A DNA stretch of 64,000 nt. It comes from Christensenellales bacterium. Its GTDB lineage: Bacteria > Bacillota > Clostridia > Christensenellales > UBA1242. Of this stretch, positions 28,924 through 43,900 are shown one piece after another. The first letter of the stretch is position 1. Every line of letters starts with the position of its first letter. The notes below the pieces were generated by a model. That model ran no database searches, was not told the origin of the DNA, and saw only the letters and a list, made by a program, of their open reading frames with translations. The DNA is taken from positions 28,911 through 92,910 of the forward strand of contig JBJETV010000017.1 of NCBI GenBank assembly GCA_051883495.1. Direction: 5' to 3'. Position numbers and translations under genes: made by a program.

Positions 28924-31900
28924 AATGAGAGATATGGAGATCTAAAAATGTCTCTAAATTTTTGCTTTTCATCTTTCTCTTCCAAAACCTTGAACGATGG
29001 AACAAGACGTTGGACAAACAATACAGATAATTCTGTTGTTGATGAAATGTTGGACGGCTCTTACACACTTTATATTTCTGGAAGCACTCAAACCACTGCT
29101 TATATAGATGCAACTTTTTCAGGTGTTCCAGAAGATTTTAATAGTGATGTGCAAGTAAGTCTTTCCAATTCTATTTTGACTGTTGGCAAAAAACAATATA
29201 TTGATGGCGGAATGAGAGTTTCTATTTGCGCCAAGCAAGAGGGCTCGACCACACTCACAGTGCTCAGTTCGGAAGGGAGCAAACAGAGAAGCCTGATGAT
29301 TCAAGTGGTGGAAGTTCCAAGTGTGTTGAGATTTAGGCAAGGCAATGTTGCTTTGTCCTACAAAAGAGGAACAACATACAACATTTCGTCTGGGCTAGAG
29401 AACAACCTAAGCCTAAGAAATATGACTTTTGATTTGGGGACATTGTCCGGCGCGGGCGAAACGAATATAGAAAAATTTGTTCCTTTCTCCTCACTTCAAC
29501 TGGCATCAAAAAATATCTCTCTTGTAGAGTCGCAAATTCTCTTGCTGGAAGATTATGACCTAACTGATGATGAAGTTATTTATGCAAGGGCAACCTACAA
29601 AAATCCACTTGGAGAAGATTTGGTTCAAATTCAGCAAATAGAATTTTTGCCACAGATATCCAACTTTGAAATTTACTCTTTTGACTCAACCAAAGATAAT
29701 GGGTTGGGGCAAAAGGTGGGTGGAAGCGAAGAAGATTTGCTATCCACTATAGATTTTGTAACAAATATTGCCATAACTCACAAGGATTTCGTTTTGAAAA
29801 CCAACACATATGGCAAAAAAATAAATATTATTGGCATTCAAGATTCGCTATGCCCATTCAGCATTTTTGTGCAACCAAATTACGAGAATATGGGGTTTGC
29901 CTTTGGTGGAGATAGTTTGCGTGTTAGATATTTTAATGCTGATGGAGAGATAACCACAGCAGAAAATATAGGCAGGGCAACATATGGGTTGTCTTACATA
30001 AGACTGGTGCCATCAAAGATAAAATCTACAGAAGGTTCTGCTAGTTATCCAGACGGAACATACAATATGAATTTTGAATGCAGTTATGTAGATTATCCAC
30101 AAGAAGAATTCCTTTCCGTTGCTACACTTAACACAAGATGTTACACTGTTGTAAACAACTATTCTGTCAACGGAAATATCTTGCAAAACAACAATATTCT
30201 TACTGATTTTGACGAAGAAAAATGCTATTCTACAGAAGTGATGACCAACTTTGACGCTTCTTTGGGGGTTAAACTATCTGTAGAAGTAGGCGACCCTCTC
30301 AATGTCCTAAAGAGTAGGTCAGTGTTTGGTTTAACTTTCTATAGACGAGCAGACGGCAGTTCAACTATTTCTCGTCTTAACGAAAGTGAAGTGCTAAATA
30401 TCTTTCAAATATTTGTAAATGACGAAGACCACTTGCTAGACGCCAATTTCAGCAACCAGCAATTTCCAGCGGGTACCGATTTCTATTTCAAAATTAAACA
30501 AAGTGGCGAAATTTTTGTTGGAGATGATATTTTTGTTCAAATAACATCAATAGAAGATGACTCTCAGGCAGAATGTGTCGCAAAACTTTCACTGGTGCAA
30601 GGTATAAGAGAAATAACAGGCTTTGAAGTGGTGTTTAGAAGTAGAGAGATTGACGAAGCAACAGGTGATTATATAATTTTTGACACGCAAAATATCTCTT
30701 TTGAAAGTAACAAAGCGACACTAGATTTGGACTTGTCCAAAGATTACATCGCAATAATCTCACTGCAATATTCACCAATAGAGGCTACTTTGAGCAATAT
30801 ATATGTTTCATCTTTAGTGGATAATGTAGTGTTGGCAACAGTGAAAAATGGCAACATAATTTTAGACCCAAAAAGCGTAGGTAGAAATATATCGGTTTCT
30901 CTTGGGGCATCAAATTTAAGACAAGTTTATTCGCTAAATGTAAATGTTTATTATCCAGTGCTTAGCATGGAAGCAGAAATTGTTGACATTTCCTCAAATA
31001 GCAGTATTGGAGATTATTCTATCGGGACAAGGAATGTATATGCAAAGGTCAAGACCAAAGAACAAGTAGAATTTATGCTTACAACAAGACCTTATGACGC
31101 AAACAGATACAATCTTACATATGCGGTGTATAACATAACAAGCGGAAGCAGTGTTCAAGTAAAGAATTCCTATACAATTTATTATGATGGCAGTGTAGCA
31201 GGTGCAAATAAGATTTATGATGAATATTTTGAATTAAATTGCACAGCAAACGCATTTAGGTTTACAAATGATTCTGCAGAAGGCAAAACATATGTGGTGG
31301 AAATTGTGCTAGAAAATTTGGACGGCACAGTGCTTACGTGGACATTTACACTTTTTGCATTTGTCCCTGTGGAAGAAATGGATATCAACTTATCTCGTGC
31401 AGAGGTGGTCAATCCAAAAACAGTGGCTTATGAAACAAAGTTGGAGTCGGGCATTACTTTTGATACGCAAAATCCACCAGACAATGTTTTTGGGTTTAAT
31501 GTAACAGTCAACAAGACTTCTTCCAGAGTGCCAACCAACACCTTTGAAGAGGAAGCGACTGTAACTATAAGTATTGGTGGACGCACAGACGGAATTTATC
31601 AAGTATCAGGCGGAGTGATGAGCAAAATTTCTGAAGGCGAAAGCGTTGTAAGACTGCTATATCCGGGAGTTTTTGGCGGGAAATATTGGTTTGAATTGCA
31701 GGACAATGTTGATTCTTCTTATACAACCATTCAAATTGGTGTAAGAGTCAATGAATATAGAAATTACCATTATGCTACCAAAAACATTTCAATAGTAAAT
31801 CACGAACAGGTCACTGAAATTTATACAAATGCCCAAACGACTTTGAAACTTAGAGATACAGATATTTTGGACGATATATCCTTTTCTCTTGAAATAGGCA

Positions 31901-34900
31901 ACGAAAAAGCAAGCAACAAGACTTTGCTTGTGCAAAACTTGTCTATAGTGGAAGTGGGTGGAAACACAATGTATTTGATTGCAGGGGAAGGGGCAATGAG
32001 TGCTTCCATTCAAAATCAAACAAATATGCACTCTACTCTCAGCCTTTTGCCAACAGGGAAAGCAGGCAAATCTATCCTTGTAGTTATGCCACAAGACAAA
32101 ATTGTAACAAGAGAACAATATGAAACTTTCTGTGGAACAATGACAAGCATAAGCTTAACTTTGGAAGATTTTGTGGATGGAATGTTTTATGAAAAAGTTT
32201 CTGATGCATACGAGATTGCGCATGAATATCAATCAGGCAAGCAGTATTATGCAAAAGTGGTGAATTATGCTGAACTTATAAAAATATGGAAAGGTGCATT
32301 GACTATCCAAATAGATATAGAAAATGGTGAAGATGTTCCATATAGCATATCTTCAATGCAAGACCTTTTGGGAATTGCCCAAAATCCAACCAAAAATTAT
32401 ATCCTTGCAAACAATATCAGATTTGACAACTCAAAAACCTTTTCACCAATTTCTTCTTATTATCCAGTTGAATTGACTGAAGATGAATTCAATAAGGGCA
32501 TTTATTATTCAAAAAATAATGCCGACCAGTACATTTTGCAAACTACATATAGCAATACCCAAACCTACTATGCTTATGGCTTTGGGGGAAGTTTGGTTGG
32601 CAAAAACAAAGTTCAAGACAGAAAAACTGGAGAGAGTTATTACGAATATTATTCAATCGAAAATGTTTATCTCCCAGCGCAAATAAATCAAAGTCGCTAT
32701 GGTTTGTTTGAAGTCCTTTATGGAACGGTGTCAGATGTTACTATAAAATATGCTTTTGCACAGCCAACTATCAATGTTTCAACAACTTTTGGTGGAATAG
32801 CAGGGGTAAACTTTGGAAGGATATCCAACTGCACCGCACAATATACAGGAGCAATATTTAGGGCAGAAGAACAAATTGTTTTTGGTGGAGTTGCGGGTGT
32901 AAACTTTGGCGAGATTGAACAAAATACACAGCAAGAGTCCAGACTAAACAGAGGAGATGTGGAGATTATAGCCAAAGGTGAGAATACTCTCCTTGCAGGT
33001 GGAATTGTAGGGTTTAACTTTGGAGATTTGTCCGGTAGTTATAGCAGACAAAAGGGCGGAGAAGTTTCTTTTGGCAACAGTGCTTATGACAGCAGTCTAA
33101 ATATCAAGGTTTCCATAACAGAGACCAGCAACAGTTTGAATCAATTTAATATTTACAGCATTCCTTCTGCATTGGTTACATTGTTTGAAAATTATCTCAT
33201 CTCTCCAGATGTAGACCGAGGTGGAGCATTCCTCATTCCACAAAACTATGCTCATTTGGAACAAAATTATAATGATGACACATCAACAACCACTTCTGAT
33301 GGCTTAATGTGTGGAATTGGCGGAGTGGTAGGTATAAATATTGGCAAGGTGCATAATATTAGTGTTCAAAGTGTAGTTGATGCACAAGATTGTGATTTTG
33401 TTGGTGGAATTGTTGGACTTGCATTATCCAGTGAATTGTATAACAGCAAAATTGGTGAAGTCAGTTATAAGTTTGATGATAACAAATATTCTATCTATTG
33501 CAGTTATTCTTCTTCAAAAGTAACAGGCAATCACTATGTTGGTGGCGCAGTGGGTGGCGCTAGAGGAATTTTGACAGAGTCTAATACAGATATCCCAGTT
33601 GCGATGTATGATGTTGGAGCAGAAAACTATGTAAATGACGAGCACTCTAGAAACTTTGTAGTGGGCAAGGGTGAGGTTGGTGGATTTGCTGGTAGGCTGG
33701 TTTGTGTTGTTGCTCATTACCTATCTACAACCAGTTACTATGATGAATATTCTTCACAAGGTGCCGATTGGCTGGGGAAAGAAGAAAATTATGATATCAT
33801 GGCAACAGCAACACTAACATCTAATTTCGAATTACGATCGGTCAACGATGGGTTGGCTGGGGGATTTGCTGGTTGCGGTGAAAGTGTTAGATATTATGCC
33901 TGTGGTGCCAATGTTAATGTTTGGGCTCCAAATACAAAAGCAGGTTATATATTTGCCTTTACATCAAATATGGACGTATATTTTGCAGAAAATATATTTG
34001 GCAAAGGTGTGGTATATTCTAATAATAATACAAATAAATTGCTAGGAGTTAATTCTTTTGGTTCAAAAAATACTATTTCCTATTCCAAAATTACTGATGT
34101 TAAGAATATAATATCAGGAAGAAATGGAACAATTTATTCTATCAATGGTTCAGAAAAAACAGAAACTGAATTTACAACTTTGATAAACAGCATATTTAAT
34201 GAGAACAGAGATTATCTGCCTTGGAAGGTGGAAAAAGATACTGCTGGAAAGATTGCTGGTTTGCCTATGCTTTATATTACATACAAAGTTGACCTGTCTG
34301 GTGTGGAAGTGGTGAAATCAGAGCCTTTGTTTGTGCTAGGGCCTGTGGTTATTACCGCAACTGTAAAGGACAACCTTGATAGCGATGAAGGGTGGAAGTT
34401 TGTAAAACTGGACGATAAGACTATTATGTTGTTCTTTGCGTTGTCAGAAAGTGACTTGATTTCTACTGAATCATTATTAAGATTGAATACAACAAGTTTG
34501 TTAGATTTGCTAAATATTTCCGTTTCGCCAAGTGGTGTGAAGTCAAACAAATTGAAGGTTCAAAGCAATTCTGACCTTTTGGAGATTAGCGGTGAAAATA
34601 TTATCATCAAATCTATAGGTAGAGAGGGAAGTTCTGCAGTAACACTTACAGTTTCATCAAATCTTAGTTCTACAAACCCTGAAAATAATGCAAAAATTGA
34701 TGTGATTTTGTGCTATGGACTAACTGATGTGAATGTTTATGCAAACACCAGTTTTACCATGCCACTTAATGAAGATTATGGGATAGACTTGCTATTATCT
34801 CAAACGCAAACAGTGTATGCAAATCCAGAATATATTGTCAATGTTGACAATGAAGATGTTTCGCTAAGAGCGATGGAAAATGTAGGCTTGCGTTTTGAAG

Positions 34901-37900
34901 TCTTGGCAGAAGATGTAAATGTAATATTGGACAGCCTAAATGGAACAGCATCAGGCATTGGAAACATATTCACAATAGCATCAAAACAATGGACACCTGT
35001 TAATTCAGGTGGAAAAGTTGAAAAATATTATGTAAATGTTGATTCTACATTTGCTTCATTTGTTCCACTGATTGCAATCCCTGATGGTGGCAAGTTGGCT
35101 ATTGAATGTATCCCATATATTTATCAAACAATCAATGGCGAAAGAAAAACCGCTTTGTTGCAAGAACATTCTACTCATTTCTACCTTTCCATAACACATG
35201 GCGCAACAGCAATATCGCTTTTGGATAATATGCAACCAAACTTTGTTATGAACCAACTTCAAAAATTGGCATTTACAATAACAATGGATACAGATAGCAT
35301 TGACGACAGGATTATTTTGGATAATGCTATTGAGTTGGGCAAAGAGTTGGGGATAAATATTGGCGAGTATCAATATGAATTTGTTGATGAAACAGGCAAA
35401 ATCCAAATAGTAGGGTCATCAGATGTTAGAGGTAAAACAGGGCTTAGAAAGATATCTCAATCATACACAGTGTGGTTCAAAGACAAACTTTCTGGCATAA
35501 AAGAAGACAAAAATTATATTTTTAATTTTCATTCTAACATCAACACCACAATTGCATTGCCAGTGGCTATTAAGATTATTGGAGAAAATGAAGTAAAAAG
35601 TGTATATACCAATGTTTACGCTAGTTATGATGATTTCCCTCAAAAGAGCAGTGGAGGATATATCTATTCTGGACTAAATGACACACCAGCTGTTCTTGGA
35701 GTGGAGGTGTATCCTTATGTAACAAACTATTCTCATGTGAGATTGTCATATACCAGCACAAGTGGTGATTTGTTGTTTATTACGCCAGTGATACTTGATT
35801 TGAACAACGAACACGGCAAACAGTTTGTGGATAATGGCAGTGTTGCTGTGTATAGTTCCAATGGCAAGACTCTCACAATAAACAAATCTATTGGGCAAGA
35901 CACCTTCTTAAGCAATAATAGTGGGGTGTATTCTTATGCGAGAAGTTACTTCTTCAAATTGTTTACCGACTCTCATGTAAAAGACGGGACAGAATTTGTT
36001 GTTAAGATAGACATACTAAATGAAGCAGGGGCAGTTATTCTTTCCAAAAGTGAAGTTATTTCTACACTCAAAAAACCAGGGATTACTTTTGCACTGGATA
36101 ATGACCTTTTGGGCAATGATGGCAAATATTATGTTCCAATAAATACCAAAAACGAACTTATAGTAGATACAATCAATTACAATGATGAAATAAAATGGGA
36201 ACTTTCGGCAGTAGATGTTTATGGAAACGCATATTCTGGTTTTAGTGACTACAAAGAGGGGCTTGAGCCAAAGAAAGAAGGTAGCAAATATTATATTCAG
36301 TTGCTCAATTTTGAGGAGGGTATTTGGTGGAGCACCGACCTTGTGGGCAAAACAATAACTTTGCGTGGAGAGATAACCAGCAACAAGCAAACATATAGTT
36401 ATGAAATTCAAATTGTTGTAACAATGTTTACAGTGAAAGAAATAACAGTTGACAAGGTTGAAAATGGCTCGATTAATATTCCAGTGGCTACAACTTATCC
36501 ATTAAGGGTTAATATAGAGGCATTTTATGATGACAACATCAAAAACAGTGGCAGTTGGTATGAAGAATGGTATAACAATATCTATCTAAACAATAAAACA
36601 GATGACAGCCTTTATATAAATATAATCAAAGCGGGCTATCAAGTAAAAAGATACTTTGTAGATTATATAAATGAATTGGCTGATAATATTGCAAAGGCAA
36701 CTTTTTCCAGTTCAAGCAGTGATAGCAAGGTGTCTGGTGTGTGGCAATATAACGCACAAGAAAACCTAATCAGTGGAAGCAAATATAATGATGAAACTTT
36801 TGGAGTGGAAACATTTAATGATTTCTTTGCTCTATATGGACTAAAAACAGACAAACAATCCAACATATTGTTTGATGCCAAGATTGCATACACTGCAAAC
36901 AAAACTTCAACTACAGAAAGGGCTTCTGGTATTCCAAATGTCAAAGATTATTCAACAATAGACGGCAAGAAAGAATTTAAGCAGGCATTTGTAGTTACTT
37001 TTGTTTATCCAAACGAACTGAAAAATGCTATCCCTGTATCCACTGCGGAAGAATTCCTAAGTATGAAGGAAGGTGGCGATTATAGGTTAGTTAATGACAT
37101 AGTCCTTTCAAATTATAGACCACTAACAACAAACATTGCATCTTTTGACGGAAACAACAAAGTAATATTTATCACTGGATTTAGTTATGATTATTCCACT
37201 ACTGGCGATGTCAATTTGGGCTTGTTTGAGAAGATTGAAAAGGAAGTGGAAGTAGGTGGAGTGGCAAAACAAGTCCTCATTGAAAATGTTACAGTATATT
37301 ACACTCCAAGTGTTACACAGCAATCTTTGGCAGGGACTGTGGTGATAGAGCCAAGTTTGGAAAGTTTGAGAATAAATCTTCCAAATGCCAGCAGTGTAAC
37401 TTTTGGTGGATTGACATGCTCCAATGCAGGTGTAATAGCCAATGCAAACATTTTGGGTGGAGTAAGGATAGAAGTCAACTCCTCTGATGTGGCTGGTGCA
37501 AGTGGCTCTGCTAGTTCTAATATTGGTGGATTGGTAGCCAACAACGAAAAAAGTGGTTATATCAGCAACAGCACAGTAGGCGCAAAACTATTTAGAAAGA
37601 AAACAACTAGCGATGAAGTAGAAAAAGTTTATGACGGATTTAATATCTATTGTTATGGCAATGCCGGTGGTGTAGTATGCACCAACAGGGGAAAAATTGT
37701 TGCTAGTTATTTTGAATCTGGCTCTATAGAACACAATTCCAAACAAGAGGGAGTAGGTGGATTTGTTTGCTCCAACTATGGTGAAATTTTGGAGAGTTAT
37801 GTCCAAGGTAGGCGTGCAGAGTCGGACAAAGATATTAGAAATACTGGTTCTGGCATGGTATCTCGTGCAGGTATCGTGGGCGGTTTTGTTTATTACAACA

Positions 37901-40900
37901 GTGGTGTTATTTCAGATTGCTACTCTAATATTTGGCTAACTTCTTCTGGTGCGATTGCAGGATTTGTTTATGAAGACACAGCACAAAGTGTAATATCTAG
38001 ATGTTATTCCATCAGTTACAAAAAAGCAGGGGACAACAACACAATGGCCTATCCTTTTGCAGGGCCAAGGACATTGGTTTCTACAGAAGTGTGCATAAAT
38101 GGTGTGCTAAACGATTGTTTCTTCTTAAATGACAAAACAAAAAATGATAAATGGGAAAACACCAATTTCTACACTCCAGGAAGCAATGATCCATCAAAAA
38201 CTCCAGCAAACAAAAAGGCTGTGGAACTTTCAATATCCAACTTTGCTACTCATACATATTTCACCAATTACGACTTGTCATTGGTCTATTATAGTGATAA
38301 GTATGCCAACGAAGAAAGTTATAACTATGTTGATGGTTACACTTGGGCAATTATCGAAGGAAAACCAGTCATTGCATCAACTCTTGTAAGGACAATTTCG
38401 CAAAGAGATTATTTGGGCAAGAAGAAAAAGTATAAAGAATCAAGAGAAATGTTTGCGGTGGACACGTCTTCTAGCGATCTAAAAAGCACAGTGAGAGCAG
38501 AGGACAAGTCGATAACAGATTACACTAGCGCTTCGACAGGTAAATTGTTGTTCTCAACAAGGAAATATGCTGATAATAGTAAGATAGAGTTTATATACAA
38601 TGCAACAGAAAATTTTGAAAGCCTTGTGATAACCTACGAAATAACCAACATAGAGGGCAAGCAGTCTTATGTCAATCCAGTTGCTGAATATGGCGAAAGC
38701 AAGCGAGTGCTGGATGTTCAGGAAAACAGCATCGATAGCGAACAAGCCAAAGACAACAACTTCCGAGCCAATGACACAATAGTTGTGGTGCTTGACTTGG
38801 ATAGGAACTTGATTTCCAACATAACCTACTATGTTCTTGACGAGAAAAATATAACATATTATTACAAAGGCAATGACCTTGCCATTTCAAAAGGAAGCGG
38901 AGATAGAAGCAATCCAATAACAATTTACGACAAAGACTCCCTAGTATATGCCTTTACAAACAGTGTGGGTGGAGAGGCCGATTTGAGCAAGTATTTTAGA
39001 ATTGTTAGTGATATCGACCTAGATGGCGACTTCCTTGCAACTAGCAAGGCAAACTTCACTGGAGTTTTGCAAGGCAATCATATGACCATTAGCAACCTTT
39101 CGATGTCCTATGACAGATGGTCTTCTGACCAAGTGGATAGAGAGTCGTTTGGAATGTTTGCAAAGATTACTGCCGGAACGAGAAAGGATACAATTATTTC
39201 TAACCTTAAAATTGGTGTCTTGCAAATTGCGTCCAATGTTCACACTTATGTGGGTGGTTTGGCAGGACAAATCGTTGGAAGTTTGGAGCAAACGGCAAAC
39301 AAGGTGCTATTAAACAATGTTTCAGTGGTCAGAACTTCTACAAACAATGCCCCAGTGCAGGGTAGGAATATAGTTGGCGGATTGACTGGGCTTGTCCGTG
39401 GCAATGTCATATTGAAAGATATCGTAACAGATGTATCGGTAGTGTCTACATATGATGCTTCTTCTACATCACTTTATATCAACCCAACAGTCAAGAATAA
39501 TTGCAATGCCTGCTCTTATGTTGGTGGTGTAGTTGGTGTGTTTGATGCCACTCCAGTAGTGGACAATGCAACCAAGAAAAATTACAATGCCAGCAACATT
39601 TCAGTTTTGGCAGGAAATATGTATTATGGCGGAATAGTTGGCACTGCATTTGGTTTGTTGGGAAAAGATACTATAGCCAATTATGTCAATGTTCAAGTGG
39701 AGACTTCAAGTGACAGTTTTATCAAATCAAAGTCTTATGCAGGCGGAATAGTTGGCGAAAATAGAGGCACTTTGCTCAGTTCTTCAGCAAAAAATATTGA
39801 AGAAAGTGAAAGCACCGTTTCTATTGGTTCATCCAGTCTAGTAGAATATAGTTACTTCTTTAATGGAGATGGAACACAAACACTTGCAATAGGTGGCTTG
39901 GTAGGACTAAACAATGGTGGGCTTATATCCAATGCCCTCAGTGCCATTGATGTAAGGAGTTCTCGAACGGTTATTGCTGGTGGTGCAGTCGGCAGACAAC
40001 TGTCTGGCGGTATAGAAAATGTTATTGCCAGTGGTTCGGTGTTTGCAGACAAGATTATTGGTGGACTGATTGGAACAATAAATGACAAAAATATTATGAC
40101 CTCTCAAGGAGGATTTTCTGACGAAGAAGATGCAGATGCTTGCCTTATGGAAGCAGACAGCAGTCATCTTTCTCTAACAGGATATAGCATAGCGGAAGAT
40201 AGTTATGTTCTGTGCCGAATATCAAATTCTGTGGCAGAAAACAACTGGCTTTATGATGATTACTCTAGATATATCCAAAAAATAAACTCCAGCACAAGAT
40301 GTGCGATAGGTGGCTTTATTGGACTTATCGCAACGGAAGATGATGTAGAGGAAAGTAGGGTAAATGCTACTTGGCAAGACAAGGTAATATTTGACGGCAA
40401 GAGTGCTTATGTAGGCAAAATTTCAGACGGAGTGAACTCTAGACATATCAAATCTGTGTATGTTGACGGCACTTTTGATTATCCAAAAAATATTTCTGAC
40501 GAGAGTTATGAGTTCCCTCGCACAAACGATGGCGAACAAGCATTATTCCCATATTCATTGCAAGAATTGTTGACCAGCGCACAGACTTCAGACCTTTCTT
40601 ACTCTGTGGAAAAAATTCCATTTACAGCATACAGCGACCAATCTAGTATTGGTGACGAATATATTAGCACTATACTCAAAATTTCAAACAACCCAGGATC
40701 TATTAAGCAGCTTAATAATGAAGAAGGTTTTTATAAAGAGATAAAGGTTGTAAAGATAAATGGTCCAAAACCAACAGACACCAGTTCTTTTGAAGATGGT
40801 GTATGGTATGTTGATGACAGTTCTGGTAATGTAGATTTTGATTGGCTTGCAAAGCATTTTGGAATAGTATATTTCAGGAAAAATGATGATAGTCGTTTTG

Positions 40901-43900
40901 AAGAAGTTGTTAATTATACGAACCTTAACAATGAAGAGGTTAAGAGAAGTTTTAATGAAGTTTATTGTAATGAGGAGAGCGATGATTCTTCATTGACTGG
41001 GGCAAAGTGGTTAAACTTCTACAAACAGGAAGAATCAAATAAGGAATATGGCAAATTCTATTACATTGCAAATTCCACTTTATCTACTATACGATTTGAT
41101 AGAACGTACACTTATAAGTCAGATGGCAAAGTTCAAAATGAAATCGCATTGATTGGTGCTTCTACTGATAATAGAGGGGATGGAATAAATAGTTTTAAGC
41201 ATATAGAAAACTTATTCTATCAAAGCACATTTGTTCTTAATGGAGTGTGCATATTCGACTTTGATATAAACAAATCCATTTCAGAGGGGTCAACAGGCTT
41301 TGAGAATTTGTGGAGTAGTGTTGAAGGAGAAGGAAATCTTTACACACTAAACCTAGACAATTGCAAACCTGCTGGGGCAGGAGATGATTGGATTTGGTCA
41401 GTTGACTTGCCAGATGGTGGAACAATAGTTGACATAAAGATAAGAGTCGAAAGTTCTGGTGACGAATATTATGTGTCAGAGGTTATACTGTCTTATGAAT
41501 ACAATGGTGTGGTTTTGGAAAGTGAAACATCAAATTCTGCATTTATAAAAGAAACAAAAGATTCAAACAATCCACTTTTATCTAGTTATTCATTCATTTC
41601 TTCTGCCAAAAAGACTTCTTTTAGGTCTTTTAGTTCGGAATATTGGATTATTGGAGAAGATTTCTATTCGCAATCTGTTTCGTTTGAAAGCAAATATCCA
41701 AAAAATATAGAATTTGCAGAAACTTATGTGTGGGAAGACTTTAGGACAAAAAATGTCACAGGAAGAATAACAGAAATAAATACTGCAGAGGACTTGGCGC
41801 TATTTGCTTACTTGGTCAACAGTGGAACGGATTATACAAGGATTGAAGTAAAGCTAAAAGCAAATATTGACCTTAGCGGGAAATATTGGGTGCCAATAGG
41901 CAAAGATGAAGCGCATGCTTTTAATGGGACATTTACTGGCAATGGATATACAATAAAATATGTTTCTGTAGATGAAAACTCCTTGGCAAAAACTGATGAG
42001 GATAGAGTTGTTTATGCAGGAATATTTGGTTATGTAAAAAATGCAACAATTACTGGGCTTACTCTCATAGGGGGAAAGATTAGTGGCGAAACTGCTGGTG
42101 GATTAGTGGGTTATGCAGATAATGTACAATTCAACGCATTAGTCAATCGTAACAATGTTATGGGAGATAGTTATGTTGGTGGATTGGTAGGTTATGCAAA
42201 AGATTGTAGTTTTGAAAATTGCACCAACTATGCAGAAGTCAAAAACACAAACAACTATAATTCAACAAATGTGTATGTTGGTGGAATTGCTGGTAAAATG
42301 GATAATGGCAATTTGAAAACATCAGACACACGAAATGACAAAGGCATACAGAATTATGGAGTTGTATATGCTCAAGAAAGTCATAATAACCATTTCGGCG
42401 GGACTGAACATTTAGTTAATGTATGGCTTGGTGGACTTGTAGGAAGTGCAGGAAGTGTAGAAGGTATAACTATCAATACAAAACTTAGTAACTTTGGCAA
42501 GATAAATGCCAATTCCAATGCAACAGAGTTGCGTTGTGGTGGACTGTTTGGTTATTTGGAGTCAAACTCGTGTTCATCATTGTTCAACAAGGGAATTATC
42601 AAAGTAGCCAATTTCAACCGCAATACAACAGACGAAAGGTCTAAAATGTATGTAGGCGGAGTGTGTGGACAGGCAGAATGTGATATGTCTATTATGGCAA
42701 ATGAGCAAGATATAACTGTAACTTGCGACTTGGCAAGCAATATAAACTCCAATATAGGAGGAATTGTTGGTGCTCTTGCTGGCAATATTAACCAAAGTTA
42801 CAATGCAAAGAATATCTCTTATGTGTCAAAAGATAGCGATATTGCATATGTTGGTGGATTGATAGGGTTGTCGTGTATATCTGGCCATACATACAATGAA
42901 ATTGTTAATTGTTACAATGCTGGCAAGATAACAACCACTTGTGGTGGCGTTGGCAGTGTAGCAGGCATAGTTGGGTTGGCTGAAGAAAATTGTGGATTGA
43001 TTGTTCAAAATACCCTTTCAATAGGTCAAATATTGGCACAAAACGGAAGGGTTGCAAGCAATGTTGGGGCAATAACAAACTTTACAGAAGGATTGATGCT
43101 GGACCCTAGCGAATATCCAGATGAAGATGTAGAACTAGCAACCTTTGCAAACTTCTACCTTAGAGGTGTAGCGGTAGTTGGCTCGGTCAATGCTACTGCA
43201 GTTGGTGGTGGTGAAGTTGATGAAAGTGGTTTTGCTCAAAGCAAAATAGCCAAAACGTTAAAAGATGCAGAGACTTATGAAAGTGAAGGGAAACCACTTT
43301 GGAATTTCAGCGTAGAAGAAGGTGGAATTTGGGAATGGAAATATTCTACATGGTTCCCAACACTTAAGAAAAATTCACCAAACACACTTTGGACAGATAG
43401 CATAGAGAATATGGTTCAAGTGGGTGGAGATTATGTTATAGACACTGCAGAACAACTCGCCAATCTTGCCTATTTGGTCAATTCTGGAATGATAGACACC
43501 AAAGGGAAAGTATTCAGGTTGAGAGATGCTATAGATTTGTCCAACAAATTGTGGATTCCTATCGGAAATGAAGAATTTGCATTTGAGGGGACATTTGAAG
43601 GTGGCGGATATTCCATTTTCAACATGACGGTGGACGGCAGTGCAGTGGAAAAGAGTGGAATAGACAAACTAAACTATGGCGGATTGTTTGGCGTAGTAAA
43701 AAATGCAAAGATTGCAAACATCGGCATTATGTCGCCAATAGTGAGAAATGTTAATTATGCAACAAGTGTTGCTGTTAAAGCAACCAATTCATTGATAACC
43801 AATGTCTATACAGAAAAAGACGGTTCAAATACTTGTAAAATTGTTGGAGATATAAAAGCAGGCGGATTGGTTTGCGAACTAATAAACAGCAAAGACCAAT